Of a stretch of DNA of 64,000 nucleotides, positions 11,282-23,489 are shown piece by piece. Source of the DNA: an uncultured delta proteobacterium. GTDB lineage: Bacteria > Desulfobacterota > Desulfobacteria > Desulfobacterales > JAHEIW01. The notes beneath the pieces were generated by a model that had not been told where the DNA came from, searched no databases, and was given only the letters and a program-made list of their open reading frames with translations. The stretch spans positions 288,001 to 352,000 of the forward strand of contig CAVPNL010000003.1 in NCBI GenBank assembly GCA_963706575.1, given 5' to 3'. The stretch's first letter is position 1. Every line of letters begins with the position of its first letter. Both the position numbers and the translations under genes were made by a program.

Positions 11282-11326
11282 AGAACTGTTCGCGGTTCTA
11301 AGTTATTTTGGTGGCAATTGCTTATT

Positions 11327-11418
11327 GGTTTCAGGTTTCGGGTGTCAGGTGTCAGAATGGATCGAGCTGAAAATCTATCGGATCAGATGCTATACACTAA
11401 AACCTGACACCTGAAACC
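11327..11418. repeat. Family-B heptamer hairpin element (GGTGTCA/GGTTTCA .. CCTGACA/CCTGAAA)
   Basis: Inverted arms of 7-nt units between gpsA and radC. Confidence 0.8.
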
Positions 11419-11453
11419 TTTATTTCAACGAAACGCTTAAAGCGCAACCCGCC

Positions 11454-12494
11454 TTAATCCTCATCCAACTCCTGCTTAAGTGTTCGCGTCATTAACCGGT
11501 AGACAGCCTCTTTCGGCGCCAGATCTTCATAAAGAATGTGATAAATCTCGCGGCATATCGGCATTTCAACGCCGAGCTTGCGGGAATAATTATAAACGGA
11601 TTTTGCGGTTTTGACCCCCTCTGCCACCATGTGCATTTCATCCAGTATTTGCTGAAGCTTTTTGCCTTTACCTAGTTGTATGCCAACCGAATAGTTTCGG
11701 CTGAGATTACCCGTACATGTTAAAACCAGATCACCAAATCCGGCAAGACCGGTAAAGGTTCTTGGATTGGCTCCCAGATGAAGTCCCAGGCGACGGACCT
11801 CGGTCATTCCTCTTGTAATAAGCGCTGCCCGGGTATTCAAACCCATTCCGAGTCCATCCAGGATGCCGGATGCAATCGCAATTACATTTTTAACAGAGCC
11901 ACCCAGTTCAACACCGACAATGTCTTCACTGGTATAAACCCTGAAATACGGTGCTGCAAATACGTGCTGTATCCTGGCGGCAATCTCAGGATTCCGGCAC
12001 GCCACGGTTACGGTAGTGGGCATTTTTTGGGCGACTTCTTTGGCAAAACTGGGTCCGGAAATCACCGCCAGCCGGTCCGCCTCGACTTCGGGAATATTCT
12101 CTTTGATCACACCTGACATGGTTAGATGGGTTTTTTGCTCAATCCCTTTGGAAGCAGAAGTAATGATCGTGCCCGCAGACAAATGCCCGGCCATTTGCCG
12201 GGTCACATCCCGCATAACATGCGAAGGCACCACAATGATAATTAGATGCTTATGCGACACGACGTCGACCAGATCATTTGAAACCGATAGATTGGGTGAC
12301 AGTTGATGGTCCGGAAGATAAAGCTTATTTTCGTGAAATTGCTCAATGTGGTCTTTGACCTCTTTTTCAAAGACCCAGAGATCAGTCTGAAATCCTTTGC
12401 AGGCCAACAGATCGGCAATGGCCGTGCCCCAGCTCCCCGCGCCCACGACACCAATTCGATAGGTGTTCGGATCTATTTCGCTGTTAATTTCCAT
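11454..12494 (-). CDS. gpsA: NAD(P)H-dependent glycerol-3-phosphate dehydrogenase
   Basis: GAGSWGTA, SKGIE, SGPSFA, KNVIAI, GDLVLTC, SRN. Confidence 0.95.
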   Translation of the reverse strand: MEINSEIDPNTYRIGVVGAGSWGTAIADLLACKGFQTDLWVFEKEVKDHIEQFHENKLYLPDHQLSPNLSVSNDLVDVVSHKHLIIIVVPSHVMRDVTRQMAGHLSAGTIITSASKGIEQKTHLTMSGVIKENIPEVEADRLAVISGPSFAKEVAQKMPTTVTVACRNPEIAARIQHVFAAPYFRVYTSEDIVGVELGGSVKNVIAIASGILDGLGMGLNTRAALITRGMTEVRRLGLHLGANPRTFTGLAGFGDLVLTCTGNLSRNYSVGIQLGKGKKLQQILDEMHMVAEGVKTAKSVYNYSRKLGVEMPICREIYHILYEDLAPKEAVYRLMTRTLKQELDED

Positions 12495-12499
12495 AATCT

Positions 12500-14929
12500 C
12501 TATTCTTCTTTTTCTGCCAATCTGGCGGCACCGACAACCCGTTCCTCGGCATCCATACCCATCAGTTTCACGCCCTGGGTATTGCGGCTAATTACCGATA
12601 TCGAGTTGACCTGCATTCGAATTACCTTGCCGATATTGGTCATCAGCATCAAATCATCATCTTCTGATACCAATAGTATCCCTATGACCAGCCCGTTGCG
12701 TTCAGTGGTTTTTATCGAAATGACACCCTTGCCACCGCGTTTCTGGACCGGGTATTCATCAATCGAGGTCCGCTTGCCGTACCCGTTTTCGGTTAGTGCA
12801 AACAAGGTTTGGCCGTGGCTCAGGACTTCCGCCCCAACAATTTGATCTCCTTTGGCCAGGCGCATTCCCCGAACCCCGGTCGCAACCCGCCCTGATGGCC
12901 GGACATCGGATTCGTGAAAGCGGATGGCTTTCCCCATGCGGGACCCCAGGAACACATTCAGCGTGCCATCGGTAATACGCGCTGCAATCAATTCATCGCC
13001 CTTAAGAAGATTCAGCGCAATGATACCGCCGGAACGGGGGCGGCTGAATGCCATTAAATCCGTCTTCTTAATCACGCCATATTTAGTCGCCATTAGAACA
13101 TGATAGCCCGGCTCAAATTCCGGTACTGCCAATACGGTGGTCAGCCTTTCATCTTTTCCGAAATTCAGCAGATTCACAATCGCCTTGCCAAGGCTCATAC
13201 GACCGGCCTGGGGCATATCGTAGACCTTACGCCAGTAAACTCGGCCCTGATTGGTAAAAAAAAGAAACGTGTGGTGGGTAGAAGCGACAAACAAATGTTC
13301 GACAAAATCATCTTCTTTGGTCCCCATCGCTGTTTTGCCTTTACCGCCCCGGCGTTGGTTCCTGTATAGTGTGATCGGATTGCGTTTTATATAGCCGCGT
13401 TTGGAAATTGTAACGACCATATCCTCTTCAACAATCATATCCTCTATGGTAATTTCTTTGGTCTCTTCAATAATTTCGGTATAACGATCATCACCAAACT
13501 GCTCCTGTATCTCTGTAAGCTCCTCTTTTATAATATTGAGGACCAGTCGCTCACTGGCAAGAATTTCTTTAAACCGGGCGATGTCTTTAAGGATATTTTT
13601 ATAATCCTTCTGGATCTTTTCACGTTCAAGGCCGGTCAGTCGCTGCAATCGCATATCTAAAATCGCCTGGGCCTGCTTTTCGCTCAAACTAAATTTTTTG
13701 ATCAGCTGGTCTTTGGCCTCGGCCGGTGATTTGGATGCGCGAATCAAGGCCACCACATCATCCAGATTATCCAGCGCGATCTTTAAACCTTCAAGTATAT
13801 GCGCCTGGTCTTCGGCCCTTTTCAAGTCATAGCGGGTGCGCCGTATGACGATTTCTTTGCGATGCAGAACGAAATATTGCAGAATCTCTTTAAGATTCAA
13901 AATTTCAGGCCGTCCATTGACAACCGCCAGAAAAATGATTCCGAAACTGGTTTCCAGACGAGTATGTTTATAAAGTTGATTGATGATCACTCCGGCGATC
14001 TGGTCTTTTTTTAGTCCCAGCGCGATTCGCATTCCTTCGCGGTCCGATTCATCCCTGACAAATCTTATGCCTTCGATGTTCTTATCTCTTATCAGTTCAG
14101 CAATCTTTTCAATCAGCTTGGCTTTATTTACCTGGTAGGGCAGCTCTGTGATGACCAGGGTCTCCCGCTGGGTGCGTTTGTCTTTTTCAACCAGAAGCCT
14201 GGCCCTGATACGGACCGCACCCCGTCCGGTTTGATAGGCAGATCTTATACCCTCAGTTCCATAGATCATGCCACCTGTGGGAAAATCAGGGCCCGGCACA
14301 AGTTCAATAAGCTCAGCGGCTGAAATCTGCGGGTTATCGATAAGGGCTTTTAGGGCTTCAATAACTTCAGACAGATTGTGGGGCGGAATATTGGTGGCCA
14401 TTCCCACAGCGATACCGGCCGACCCGTTGATCAGCAAACTGGGAATCTTGGCCGGCAATACGACCGGTTCAAATAAGGACTCATCATAGTTGGGAGCAAA
14501 ATCAACCGTCTCTTTTTCTAAATCTTCCAGCAATTCATGGGCCAATCGCTTCATCCGGATTTCGGTGTAGCGCATAGCTGCCGGTGGGTCCCCATCAACG
14601 GAGCCAAAGTTGCCCTGACCATCAACCAGGGGATAGCGCATGGAAAAATCCTGGGCCAACCGCACGATCGTATCATACACAGCCGCATCACCATGGGGAT
14701 GAAATTTACCGATAACATCACCGACGATGCGGGCCGATTTTTTATACGGCTTGTTCCAGTCGTTTTTTAGCTCGCGCATGGCAAAAAGAACCCGGCGGTG
14801 GACCGGCTTGAGCCCATCGCGGACGTCCGGCAAGGCCCGGCCAATGATGACGCTCATGGCGTAATCCAGATACGATTTTTTCATTTCTTTTTCGATGCTG
14901 ATTTCAGCATGATTTTCGCTTTGGTACAT
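12500..14929 (-). CDS. gyrA: DNA gyrase subunit A
   Basis: [22 protein letters not shown], GyrA-box QRRGGKG. Confidence 0.97.
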   Translation of the reverse strand: MYQSENHAEISIEKEMKKSYLDYAMSVIIGRALPDVRDGLKPVHRRVLFAMRELKNDWNKPYKKSARIVGDVIGKFHPHGDAAVYDTIVRLAQDFSMRYPLVDGQGNFGSVDGDPPAAMRYTEIRMKRLAHELLEDLEKETVDFAPNYDESLFEPVVLPAKIPSLLINGSAGIAVGMATNIPPHNLSEVIEALKALIDNPQISAAELIELVPGPDFPTGGMIYGTEGIRSAYQTGRGAVRIRARLLVEKDKRTQRETLVITELPYQVNKAKLIEKIAELIRDKNIEGIRFVRDESDREGMRIALGLKKDQIAGVIINQLYKHTRLETSFGIIFLAVVNGRPEILNLKEILQYFVLHRKEIVIRRTRYDLKRAEDQAHILEGLKIALDNLDDVVALIRASKSPAEAKDQLIKKFSLSEKQAQAILDMRLQRLTGLEREKIQKDYKNILKDIARFKEILASERLVLNIIKEELTEIQEQFGDDRYTEIIEETKEITIEDMIVEEDMVVTISKRGYIKRNPITLYRNQRRGGKGKTAMGTKEDDFVEHLFVASTHHTFLFFTNQGRVYWRKVYDMPQAGRMSLGKAIVNLLNFGKDERLTTVLAVPEFEPGYHVLMATKYGVIKKTDLMAFSRPRSGGIIALNLLKGDELIAARITDGTLNVFLGSRMGKAIRFHESDVRPSGRVATGVRGMRLAKGDQIVGAEVLSHGQTLFALTENGYGKRTSIDEYPVQKRGGKGVISIKTTERNGLVIGILLVSEDDDLMLMTNIGKVIRMQVNSISVISRNTQGVKLMGMDAEERVVGAARLAEKEE

Positions 14930-14948
14930 CTTTACTCCAGAACTAAAA

Positions 14949-15146
14949 GTTATTCGTTATTGGTTATTGGTCATTATGTAAACGACTCATGTTTCATATG
15001 TCACGTGTCAGAGGACAGAAGACAGATGATTAAAACTGGAAAATGAAGCATTCTATCCGACTTCTGTTTTCTGTTCTCAGTCATCTGTTTACTGACACCT
15101 GACATCTGAAACCTGACACCTCCCACTAGCTTACACCTGACACCTA
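14949..15146. repeat. Composite/nested tandem-repeat hairpin elements upstream of gyrA
   Basis: GTTATT(C/G) arm; family-B arms enclosing GACAGA..TCTG arms. Confidence 0.75.
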
Positions 15147-15158
15147 AAATCACTTTGC

Positions 15159-16232
15159 TTACCGACCCTGTTCGATCATCTGTTGATAACTTGCCTGGTA
15201 GATTTCAGCCAGGGTTAAAAACGCGGTCACCACCAGAGGGCCGTAAATTATACCCAGGATACCGAACAGTTTCAATCCGCCAATTATGGAAAGAAACACA
15301 ATTAAGGTATGCATCCGCACCCGTTGACCGACCAGCTTGGGTTTGAAAAAATATTCGATAAAGCTTGAAAGGACGATATAAAAAATCAGGAAAAAGATAC
15401 CGGCGCCGATGCGCCCCTGCAGAAACAACAACATTGCGGCCGGCACAAATACGCCGCCGATGCCCAGGATCGGCAAAAAGGCCAGCAGCCCCATGATGAC
15501 CCCCCACAGAAATGGTGATTTTAACCCAAAGAGGGCAAACACAATTCCGCCCAGGGTACCCTGTATCAGTCCGCCCAACCCATTGCCTAAAAGTATGGCC
15601 GCGGCAATATCTTTGAATTTTTGAATCAATTTTTGGTCCTGATCCTCAGGCAAGGGAGATAGTTTGACGATAAAAGACATCAGACGCCCGCTGTCAAGTA
15701 ACAGATAAAAGGTAATCAGCAGCATAAAAAAGAAATTGATGATAAATTTGAACACATTGGTCGTAATGGACCGTGCTTGCTCATACAAAAAGAGCCCCAC
15801 CACCCTGCCCACTTCGGCAATTGCTCGATTGAGTTGCTCAGCGGTGATCTGGATTTTAAATTTTGCAAGAAACTGATTGATCGTTCCAAATAAATCGCTT
15901 TTTTCAAGCAGTTCCATGATGGGCTTGCTTTGCAGGGCTGCTTTGGCGGTTAAATATAAATCCCAGGCTTCATTGGCTAAAACCCCGATGAAAAACGAAA
16001 GCGGTAAAAAAAGAACCAAAAATATCAGAAAACACGTCAAAACCGAGGCAAAAGTCGAGTTTAGTTTCTGATTCAAAAAATTATAAACCGGAGAAAAAAC
16101 ACCGCTAACCACGATAGCCAGAATGATGACCGACAAAAATGGCCAGAGAAGCCACCCCATCAATAAACAAGATACAATAAATACAGCCAGAAAAAACCAT
16201 AGAATCATATCCCGGGAGCCTTGATTGCTCAC
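15159..16232 (-). CDS. AI-2E family transporter
   Basis: Multi-TM protein, FG..GIIYGP motif; GTG start at 16232 after GGAGG (the longer ORF start lies inside a MITE). Confidence 0.88.
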   Translation of the reverse strand: MSNQGSRDMILWFFLAVFIVSCLLMGWLLWPFLSVIILAIVVSGVFSPVYNFLNQKLNSTFASVLTCFLIFLVLFLPLSFFIGVLANEAWDLYLTAKAALQSKPIMELLEKSDLFGTINQFLAKFKIQITAEQLNRAIAEVGRVVGLFLYEQARSITTNVFKFIINFFFMLLITFYLLLDSGRLMSFIVKLSPLPEDQDQKLIQKFKDIAAAILLGNGLGGLIQGTLGGIVFALFGLKSPFLWGVIMGLLAFLPILGIGGVFVPAAMLLFLQGRIGAGIFFLIFYIVLSSFIEYFFKPKLVGQRVRMHTLIVFLSIIGGLKLFGILGIIYGPLVVTAFLTLAEIYQASYQQMIEQGR

Positions 16233-16280
16233 ATTACCTCCAACTATAAAAAGTTTAACGCCATCCGTCATGACGGCCTT

Positions 16281-16426
16281 TAGAACCCATCTCAAAAATG
16301 CCTTTTGGCCCAATATCTTTGTTGGTGCCTCGTTTAAAATCCTCAACATACAATAGTATGCCTCCGGTTTTAAACTCGGCCCCGCCGCGATCTTGAACCA
16401 AAATCCTATTTTTGAGATTGGTTCTA
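16281..16426. mobile_element. 146-bp MITE-like element
   Basis: TAGAACCCATCTCAAAA / TTTTGAGATTGGTTCTA TIR (16/17), TA at both ends, internal hairpin. Confidence 0.75.
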
Positions 16427-16614
16427 ATTAAACGGGTATCCTTTGAATCAGGATACACAAGGTATAACCTAAACTGATCGTTTCAAATTTTATAAATGGG
16501 GATGCACGCTCATTCAAACGCGCCTCAACACAAAGCTGTTGCCCGTATCACACGGCTGGCCATTGCAATGATGATACACAAGAAGGGCTCTTGTAAGATT
16601 TTAGGACAGGCTTT

Positions 16615-16770
16615 TTATCTGGCGACAAACCCTCCGGCTGCAAAAATAAGAAGGGTTTCATAAATAAAAACAGGGGTCCAGCTGTCAAATATGGCATAAA
16701 CAATCCCGCCACCAATGATTGCCGGCACGGCACAAAAAACCAAAATACCTAACTTTCGGCTGATGTCCAT
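16615..16770 (-). CDS. Small two-TM membrane protein (51 aa), below the ORF-track cutoff
   Basis: MDISRKLGILVFCAVPAIIGGGIVYAIFDSWTPVFIYETLLIFAAGGFVAR with AAGGAGG RBS. Confidence 0.7.
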   Translation of the reverse strand: MDISRKLGILVFCAVPAIIGGGIVYAIFDSWTPVFIYETLLIFAAGGFVAR

Positions 16771-16938
16771 TCGTGTTGAACCTCCTTTTCAACTAAAAAG
16801 CCTTTGGAGATAACGCCGCTCCAAACCGATGGCTTATGGGGCAAAAAAATCCAATATTTTCAAAGGGATTGACAACTCAGAATTCAACTAACTATTAGCA
16901 ATTATTAGAAAAAAAGTAAAGAAAAAAATTATAAAAAA

Positions 16939-17041
16939 GGGTTCAAGGTTCAACGTTCAGGGTTAAAGGTTAAAGAATCCGATATTGTTATAAAATCTAA
17001 CCGCTGAACCCAGAACCGCGTTATCCAGAACCTCTGAACCC
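16939..17041. repeat. Family-D heptamer hairpin element (GGTTCA .. GAACC)
   Basis: Inverted tandem arms just after the thiolase stop. Confidence 0.75.
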
Positions 17042-17053
17042 TTGACTGCTGCT

Positions 17054-18353
<1,300 letters not shown>

Positions 18354-18423
18354 TTAATTTGCTTAACAAATACGAAAAAAGGATTTATAACACGGATAAG
18401 AAGCCAAGGTCAACGGAGATAAC

Positions 18424-19200
18424 ATGTGTTTAATTCTTTTTTCATACAAGTTGCACCCCGATTACCGCTTGATACTGGCGGCCAACCGGGATGAATTTTA
18501 TAACCGCCCGACCGCTTCCCTGGATTACTGGTCAGACCATCCCGACGTGCTGGCCGGACGCGATTTAAAAGGCAACGGCACCTGGCTCGGGATCACCCGA
18601 TCCGGGCGCCTAGCGGCCATAACCAACTACCGGGAGCCGGCCCGCACATGGAAAATGCCCCTTCACGCGGTATTCTCATCCGCGATTTTCTCACCGGAAA
18701 CGCATCCCCGGAGCATTATCTTAAAGCCGTCAGCAAAAAAAGTGAGCGCCTACAATGGATTTAATTTAATCACCGGCGACCCGTCCGGACTCTATTACTA
18801 TTCGAATCGTGCCACCCGCGTCCGGCAATTGCAACCCGGGCTTTACGGTATCAGCAACCATCTAATAGACACTGCCTGGCCGAAGATTCAAAGAGGCAAA
18901 GGCCTGCTGAAGGGCCAGCTGAGCGGCCGGGAAAAAATCGATATTAAAAAAATCTGGGAAATTCTTGCCGACCGATCGCTGCCGGCGGATGAGGACTTAC
19001 CGGACACCGGTGTGGGGTTGCAATGGGAACGGATTTTAGCGCCGCTGTTCATCAGCAGCCCGGATTACGGGACACGCTCCTCATCGATTGTTCTGATGGA
19101 ATATTCCGGTCAGATAACCTTTATGGAACGCACATTTTTAAATGCCGACAATGCTGCAGGGGACGGAGAAACCGTAACGTACAGTTTTAAGGTAAAATAA
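18424..19200 (+). CDS. NRDE/TANGO2 family protein
   Basis: MCLI..AANRDEF..RP, GTWLG, YGTRSS; likely a short compensated frameshift mid-gene. Confidence 0.9.
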   Translation: MCLILFSYKLHPDYRLILAANRDEFYNRPTASLDYWSDHPDVLAGRDLKGNGTWLGITRSGRLAAITNYREPARTWKMPLHAVFSSAIFSPETHPRSIILKPSAKKVSAYNGFNLITGDPSGLYYYSNRATRVRQLQPGLYGISNHLIDTAWPKIQRGKGLLKGQLSGREKIDIKKIWEILADRSLPADEDLPDTGVGLQWERILAPLFISSPDYGTRSSSIVLMEYSGQITFMERTFLNADNAAGDGETVTYSFKVK

Positions 19201-19247
19201 TAATCCAGGGGTCGGGGAGTTTTGTCATTCCCGGCCTGTCACTTAAT

Positions 19248-20612
19248 CTACTTTATCTTTTTGGCCTTTGAATTCCGTATCAGCTGCCGCCACTTATCAA
19301 GTCTTTCTTTAATGGTCTTTTCAAAGCCCCTGCTGGTTGGGGCGTAAAAGTGCTGCCCTTTGAGCTTATCCGGCAAATATTCCTGGGCCACAACGGCATC
19401 CTGGTAGTTGTGGGCATATTTATAATTTTTGCCGTAGCCAAGATCTTTCATCAGCCGGGTGGGTGCATTGCGGATATGAAACGGTACCGGAAGGGAACCT
19501 GTTTTTTTGACAACGCTGTTGACCTGGCTAAAAGCCGAATAAATGCTGTTGCTTTTTGGCGCTGTCGCCAGATAGACGGCCGCCTGGGCAAGGGCCAGTT
19601 CACCTTCCGGATGCCCCAGGAATTTAAAAGCCTCCATGGCGCTCAGCGTAATGCCGAGTGCATCGGGGTCGGCGTTGCCGATATCTTCTGAGGCAAAGCG
19701 CACCATTCGGCGAGCGATGTAAAACGGATCTTCTCCGGCCGCCAGCATGCGCGCCAACCAATAAAGGGCCGCATCCGGATCGCTGCCCCTCAGGCTTTTG
19801 TGAAGTGCTGAGATGATATTGTAATGTTCCTCGCCGGCTTTGTCATAGACCAGCGCCTTTTTCTGGATGGCGGTTTCTAAATCCTTTAAGGTAATGTTGC
19901 CGCCGGTTGTCGAACTCTCGGGTTTTTGTTTTGACAGCACCAGCGAAGCCGCAACCTCCAGGCTGTTTAACGCTACCCGTCCATCGCCATCTGCTATTCG
20001 TATGATGTAATCGCATGCTTGCGGATCGAGTTGGAGGTTTCGGCCCCCCAGGCCGCGTGATTCGTCATTTAATGCCAGTTCAATGATAGCGGAAATGTCT
20101 TCCTCGGTGAGCCGGTTCAAGGTGATCACCCGGCAGCGGGACAATAACGGGGCGATAACTTCAAAGGAGGGATTTTCGGTGGTGGCTCCGATCAGTGTAA
20201 TCAAGCCGCTTTCCACATGATGCAGAAATGCATCTTGCTGGGCTTTGTTAAATCGATGGATTTCATCGACAAACAGAATCGTTCGTTTGCGGTGAATTTG
20301 CTGTTGATTTCGGGCTTCTGCAATAACCGCGCGTATTTCTTTGACGCCCGAAAGCACAGCCGAAAAATGAACAAAATAGGACCGGGTTTCCCCGGCGATA
20401 ATGCGGGCCAGCGTTGTTTTGCCGCAACCCGGAGGCCCCCAGAATAACATGGAAAAAATTCGATCTTCTTCAATCGCGTGCCGGATCAGAGACCCCGCGC
20501 CCACGACATGATCCTGGCCGACAAACTCGCTGATATTGCGCGGCCGCATTCGCTCCGCCAGCGGCCTGATTGCTTCAGCCGCTTTTTGGGCGTGATAATC
20601 GAAGATGTCCAT
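19248..20612 (-). CDS. rarA: Replication-associated recombination protein A
   Basis: PLAERMRP, GPPGCGKTT, DEIHRFNKAQQD, ASEDIG. Confidence 0.95.
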   Translation of the reverse strand: MDIFDYHAQKAAEAIRPLAERMRPRNISEFVGQDHVVGAGSLIRHAIEEDRIFSMLFWGPPGCGKTTLARIIAGETRSYFVHFSAVLSGVKEIRAVIAEARNQQQIHRKRTILFVDEIHRFNKAQQDAFLHHVESGLITLIGATTENPSFEVIAPLLSRCRVITLNRLTEEDISAIIELALNDESRGLGGRNLQLDPQACDYIIRIADGDGRVALNSLEVAASLVLSKQKPESSTTGGNITLKDLETAIQKKALVYDKAGEEHYNIISALHKSLRGSDPDAALYWLARMLAAGEDPFYIARRMVRFASEDIGNADPDALGITLSAMEAFKFLGHPEGELALAQAAVYLATAPKSNSIYSAFSQVNSVVKKTGSLPVPFHIRNAPTRLMKDLGYGKNYKYAHNYQDAVVAQEYLPDKLKGQHFYAPTSRGFEKTIKERLDKWRQLIRNSKAKKIK

Positions 20613-20657
20613 TAAAAATACCCTTGGTATTTTTGTTATTGGTTAATTCCCTTGGAA

Positions 20658-22001
20658 TTATTTCCGCGCCCTGCCCTTTGGTTTACGATTTTCGCGCGGC
20701 CGGAACAGAATTCGAATGGGGGTCTTGTCCAGACCCGCCTGTGCACGGATCTGATTGATTAAAAAGCGTTTATAGGAAAAATGGACCGCTGCCGGATAGT
20801 TGACAAAGCAAACAATGGTGGGCGGCCCGGTGGTCACCTGGGTGATGTAATAAAATTTGATCGGTTTCCCGCGATGGAGCGGCGGGGGATTTTTGGCCAT
20901 TGATGTTTCCAGAATCCGATTCAGCTGTCCGGTGCCAATTCGTTGCGCGTACTGCTCGTAGACATCGTCAACCAATTTAAAGATTTTTGTCACCCGCTGG
21001 CCCGTCAGGGCCGATATGGTCATGGCGGGCGCAAAGCTTAAAAATTTGGCCTGCATCCTCAATTCATCCATGTATTTTTTTACGGTATGGGTGTCTTTTT
21101 CCAAAAGATCCCACTTGTTCAGTAAAAAGATACAACCACACCCGCGCTCAAATGCATACCCGGCAATACTGATATCCTGCTCGGTAATGCCCTCGCTGGC
21201 ATCCAGCACAATAAGCGCCACATCACAGCGATCCAGGCTCCGCAGCGCTTTGATGATGGAAAATTTTTCAATTTTCTGGTTGACTTTTCCCTTGCGGCGA
21301 ATACCGGCCGTGTCCATCAGCAGGTAGGCTTTGCCGTCCACCTGGCAGAGGGAGTCAATCGCATCCCGGGTGGTTCCCGGTCGATCGCTGACCAGATGCC
21401 GTTCCTGGCCTAATATGCGATTGATCAAAGAAGATTTGCCCACATTGGGCCGTCCAACCACCGCCAGGCCGATAGTGCCTTCAGCCGCCTCCCGGCCCCG
21501 TCCTTTATCAATTGCAGCAAGCCCGGCAACCAGGGCATCGAGAAAATCGGTTATCCCGTAACGATGCTCAGCCGATATCGGAAACAGCGGTTCAATACCC
21601 AGGCTGTAAAAATCCGACACCTGGGTTTCCTGTTCGGCGCCATCTATTTTGTTCACGGCGTAAAAGACCGGCTTGTCGGTGATGCGCAGGAGCTCGATAA
21701 TATCCCGGTCAAACGGGGAAATACCCCCTTTGCCGTCCAGCAGCAAAATGATCACATCGGCATCTTCAATGGCCTGGAGAACCTGGAAGCGAATTCCGTC
21801 AGAAAACGCGTCTCCTTCGGTAAAGCCACCGGTATCCACGAGGGTGAATTCAACTTCGTTCCAGGTTGCGTCTCCGTAATGACGGTCACGGGTAACCCCG
21901 GGAAAATCATCCACCAATGCATCTCTGGTGTGGGTGACCCGATTGAAAAGAGTGGATTTACCGACATTGGGACGGCCGACAATAGCAACAATGGGTTTCA
22001 T
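20658..22001 (-). CDS. der: Ribosome biogenesis GTPase Der
   Basis: Two GRPNVGKS G-domains plus KH-like C-terminus. Confidence 0.97.
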   Translation of the reverse strand: MKPIVAIVGRPNVGKSTLFNRVTHTRDALVDDFPGVTRDRHYGDATWNEVEFTLVDTGGFTEGDAFSDGIRFQVLQAIEDADVIILLLDGKGGISPFDRDIIELLRITDKPVFYAVNKIDGAEQETQVSDFYSLGIEPLFPISAEHRYGITDFLDALVAGLAAIDKGRGREAAEGTIGLAVVGRPNVGKSSLINRILGQERHLVSDRPGTTRDAIDSLCQVDGKAYLLMDTAGIRRKGKVNQKIEKFSIIKALRSLDRCDVALIVLDASEGITEQDISIAGYAFERGCGCIFLLNKWDLLEKDTHTVKKYMDELRMQAKFLSFAPAMTISALTGQRVTKIFKLVDDVYEQYAQRIGTGQLNRILETSMAKNPPPLHRGKPIKFYYITQVTTGPPTIVCFVNYPAAVHFSYKRFLINQIRAQAGLDKTPIRILFRPRENRKPKGRARK

Positions 22002-22015
22002 AATAAACTCTATTG

Positions 22016-22249
22016 AAATAAAAATTAAAATGAGCGTTTCAAATTTTAAAAAATGGGGAAACCTTCTTATTTTTAAGAAATTCTATCGTTTTTACTTTTA
22101 AAATTTGAAACCCTGCGGGATTGTCGATCTTATCGCATCTACGGCGTCAGATGCCGTCCGCCGTCTTGCATAGTTAACTATAGCGGAACGACATCTTCCT
22201 TGTAGCTGCGGCAACCTCGACAATCGCTCAATTTAGTTAAGATTTATTT
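22016..22249. repeat. Multi-hairpin intergenic element
   Basis: Perfect 16 bp IR 22036-51/22096-111; second hairpin 22119-22225; outer imperfect IR. Confidence 0.65.
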
Positions 22250-22823
22250 TCTTTTTGATTCGTTAACGAAAACAACGCCAATGGGCTACATTTATGGCTT
22301 ATTGCACTAAATTGCAAGAATTTCATATGGGGAATAAAAGGACCGTTTTATAAACAGGTAATAATGATGTTTTGAAATTGTCAGATTATCGCTGATTCTG
22401 TAAAGCGGTGTTAAAAGGGATAGGGGGCATTCGTTTATAGCAGTGAGCACAAAAATCAGCTTTGTGCATATCGCTTATCAGATATCACGGTATTTTAGTC
22501 AGGGCTGATTTCAAATCTCTGTTGGCGTAATCTGCAATTTTGAGACTTGAAAATATTTGGGATTACCTGAAGATATATGTAATAAATTGCGGTTGTCTCT
22601 TTATAGCCGCAATATATAATTTTAAGAATTTGTGAATATCGTTTACAAATCTTAACCCTTTTATTTTTAATATTTAAAGTTTCCCGAAGGAATCAGTTCG
22701 GGGATAATTTGCGCAGAAATTGTTTCTTCCCACTTAATTAAGATTACACCATCTCTATCTATGTAATATGTAACATCATGCTTTTTCCCATCAGAGCCGG
22801 GTATTGAATCTTAATAAATAGCT

Positions 22824-23330
22824 TTATTTTTCCTTTAGATTGTTAACCTCCAGTAGTTTATTAACTTCCATCAATCTATGTGCTTTCTCTCTCTTAAGTT
22901 CAATATTGACTCTATCAGTATTAATATATCTCAGAGCCTCAGTAGGGCATATCCTTACGCATGTTGGATCACCATCACATTGATTACAAACTACTGCTTT
23001 TCCTAGCTTACGATCTACAAAACAAGCACCAAATGGACATGCGTAGCTACAAGCACTACAACCTATACATTTTCGATCATCAATTGCCAAGGAACCAGTT
23101 TCAGAATTCCTTTGGATAGCCTGATTTGGACAAACATGCATACACATTGCGGTTTCGCATTGCATACATGTCGATGGTACAACGTTAATTCGTCCATCTT
23201 TTTCCTTAATAATCGCCCTGATTCGAGAACGCTCGGGGTTACATTCACTTGAATTTCGTAATGAGCATGCAACTTCACACATTCGACAAGCAGTACATTT
23301 TGAGCTATCTATAATTACTACAAACCCCAT
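22824..23330 (-). CDS. 4Fe-4S dicluster protein (AOR-associated, DmsB-like)
   Basis: Four CxxC-type cluster motifs. Confidence 0.9.
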   Translation of the reverse strand: MGFVVIIDSSKCTACRMCEVACSLRNSSECNPERSRIRAIIKEKDGRINVVPSTCMQCETAMCMHVCPNQAIQRNSETGSLAIDDRKCIGCSACSYACPFGACFVDRKLGKAVVCNQCDGDPTCVRICPTEALRYINTDRVNIELKREKAHRLMEVNKLLEVNNLKEK

Positions 23331-23489
23331 GATCGTCTCCTTTTCACTTTTAAAATAGCACTGTCATATTCTTCAGGCATAGTAAAAAATAGCGAATTTT
23401 GAATCTTCATATGAAATTAGATTAAATCATATTCTATATCTTTGTAATTTGAAATTTTCGGCATAGGTTTGGCTGCACATGATATATAA

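Noticed and set aside
12500..14929. ParC identity, or gyrA lacking an adjacent gyrB as unusual
   Set aside because: GyrA-box is present; separated gyrA and gyrB are common.
16233..16349. N-terminal extension of the AI-2E ORF (likewise acs, amiE, DUF4129 and GNAT extensions)
   Set aside because: Runs through a MITE or neighbouring gene; better RBS-supported starts lie downstream.
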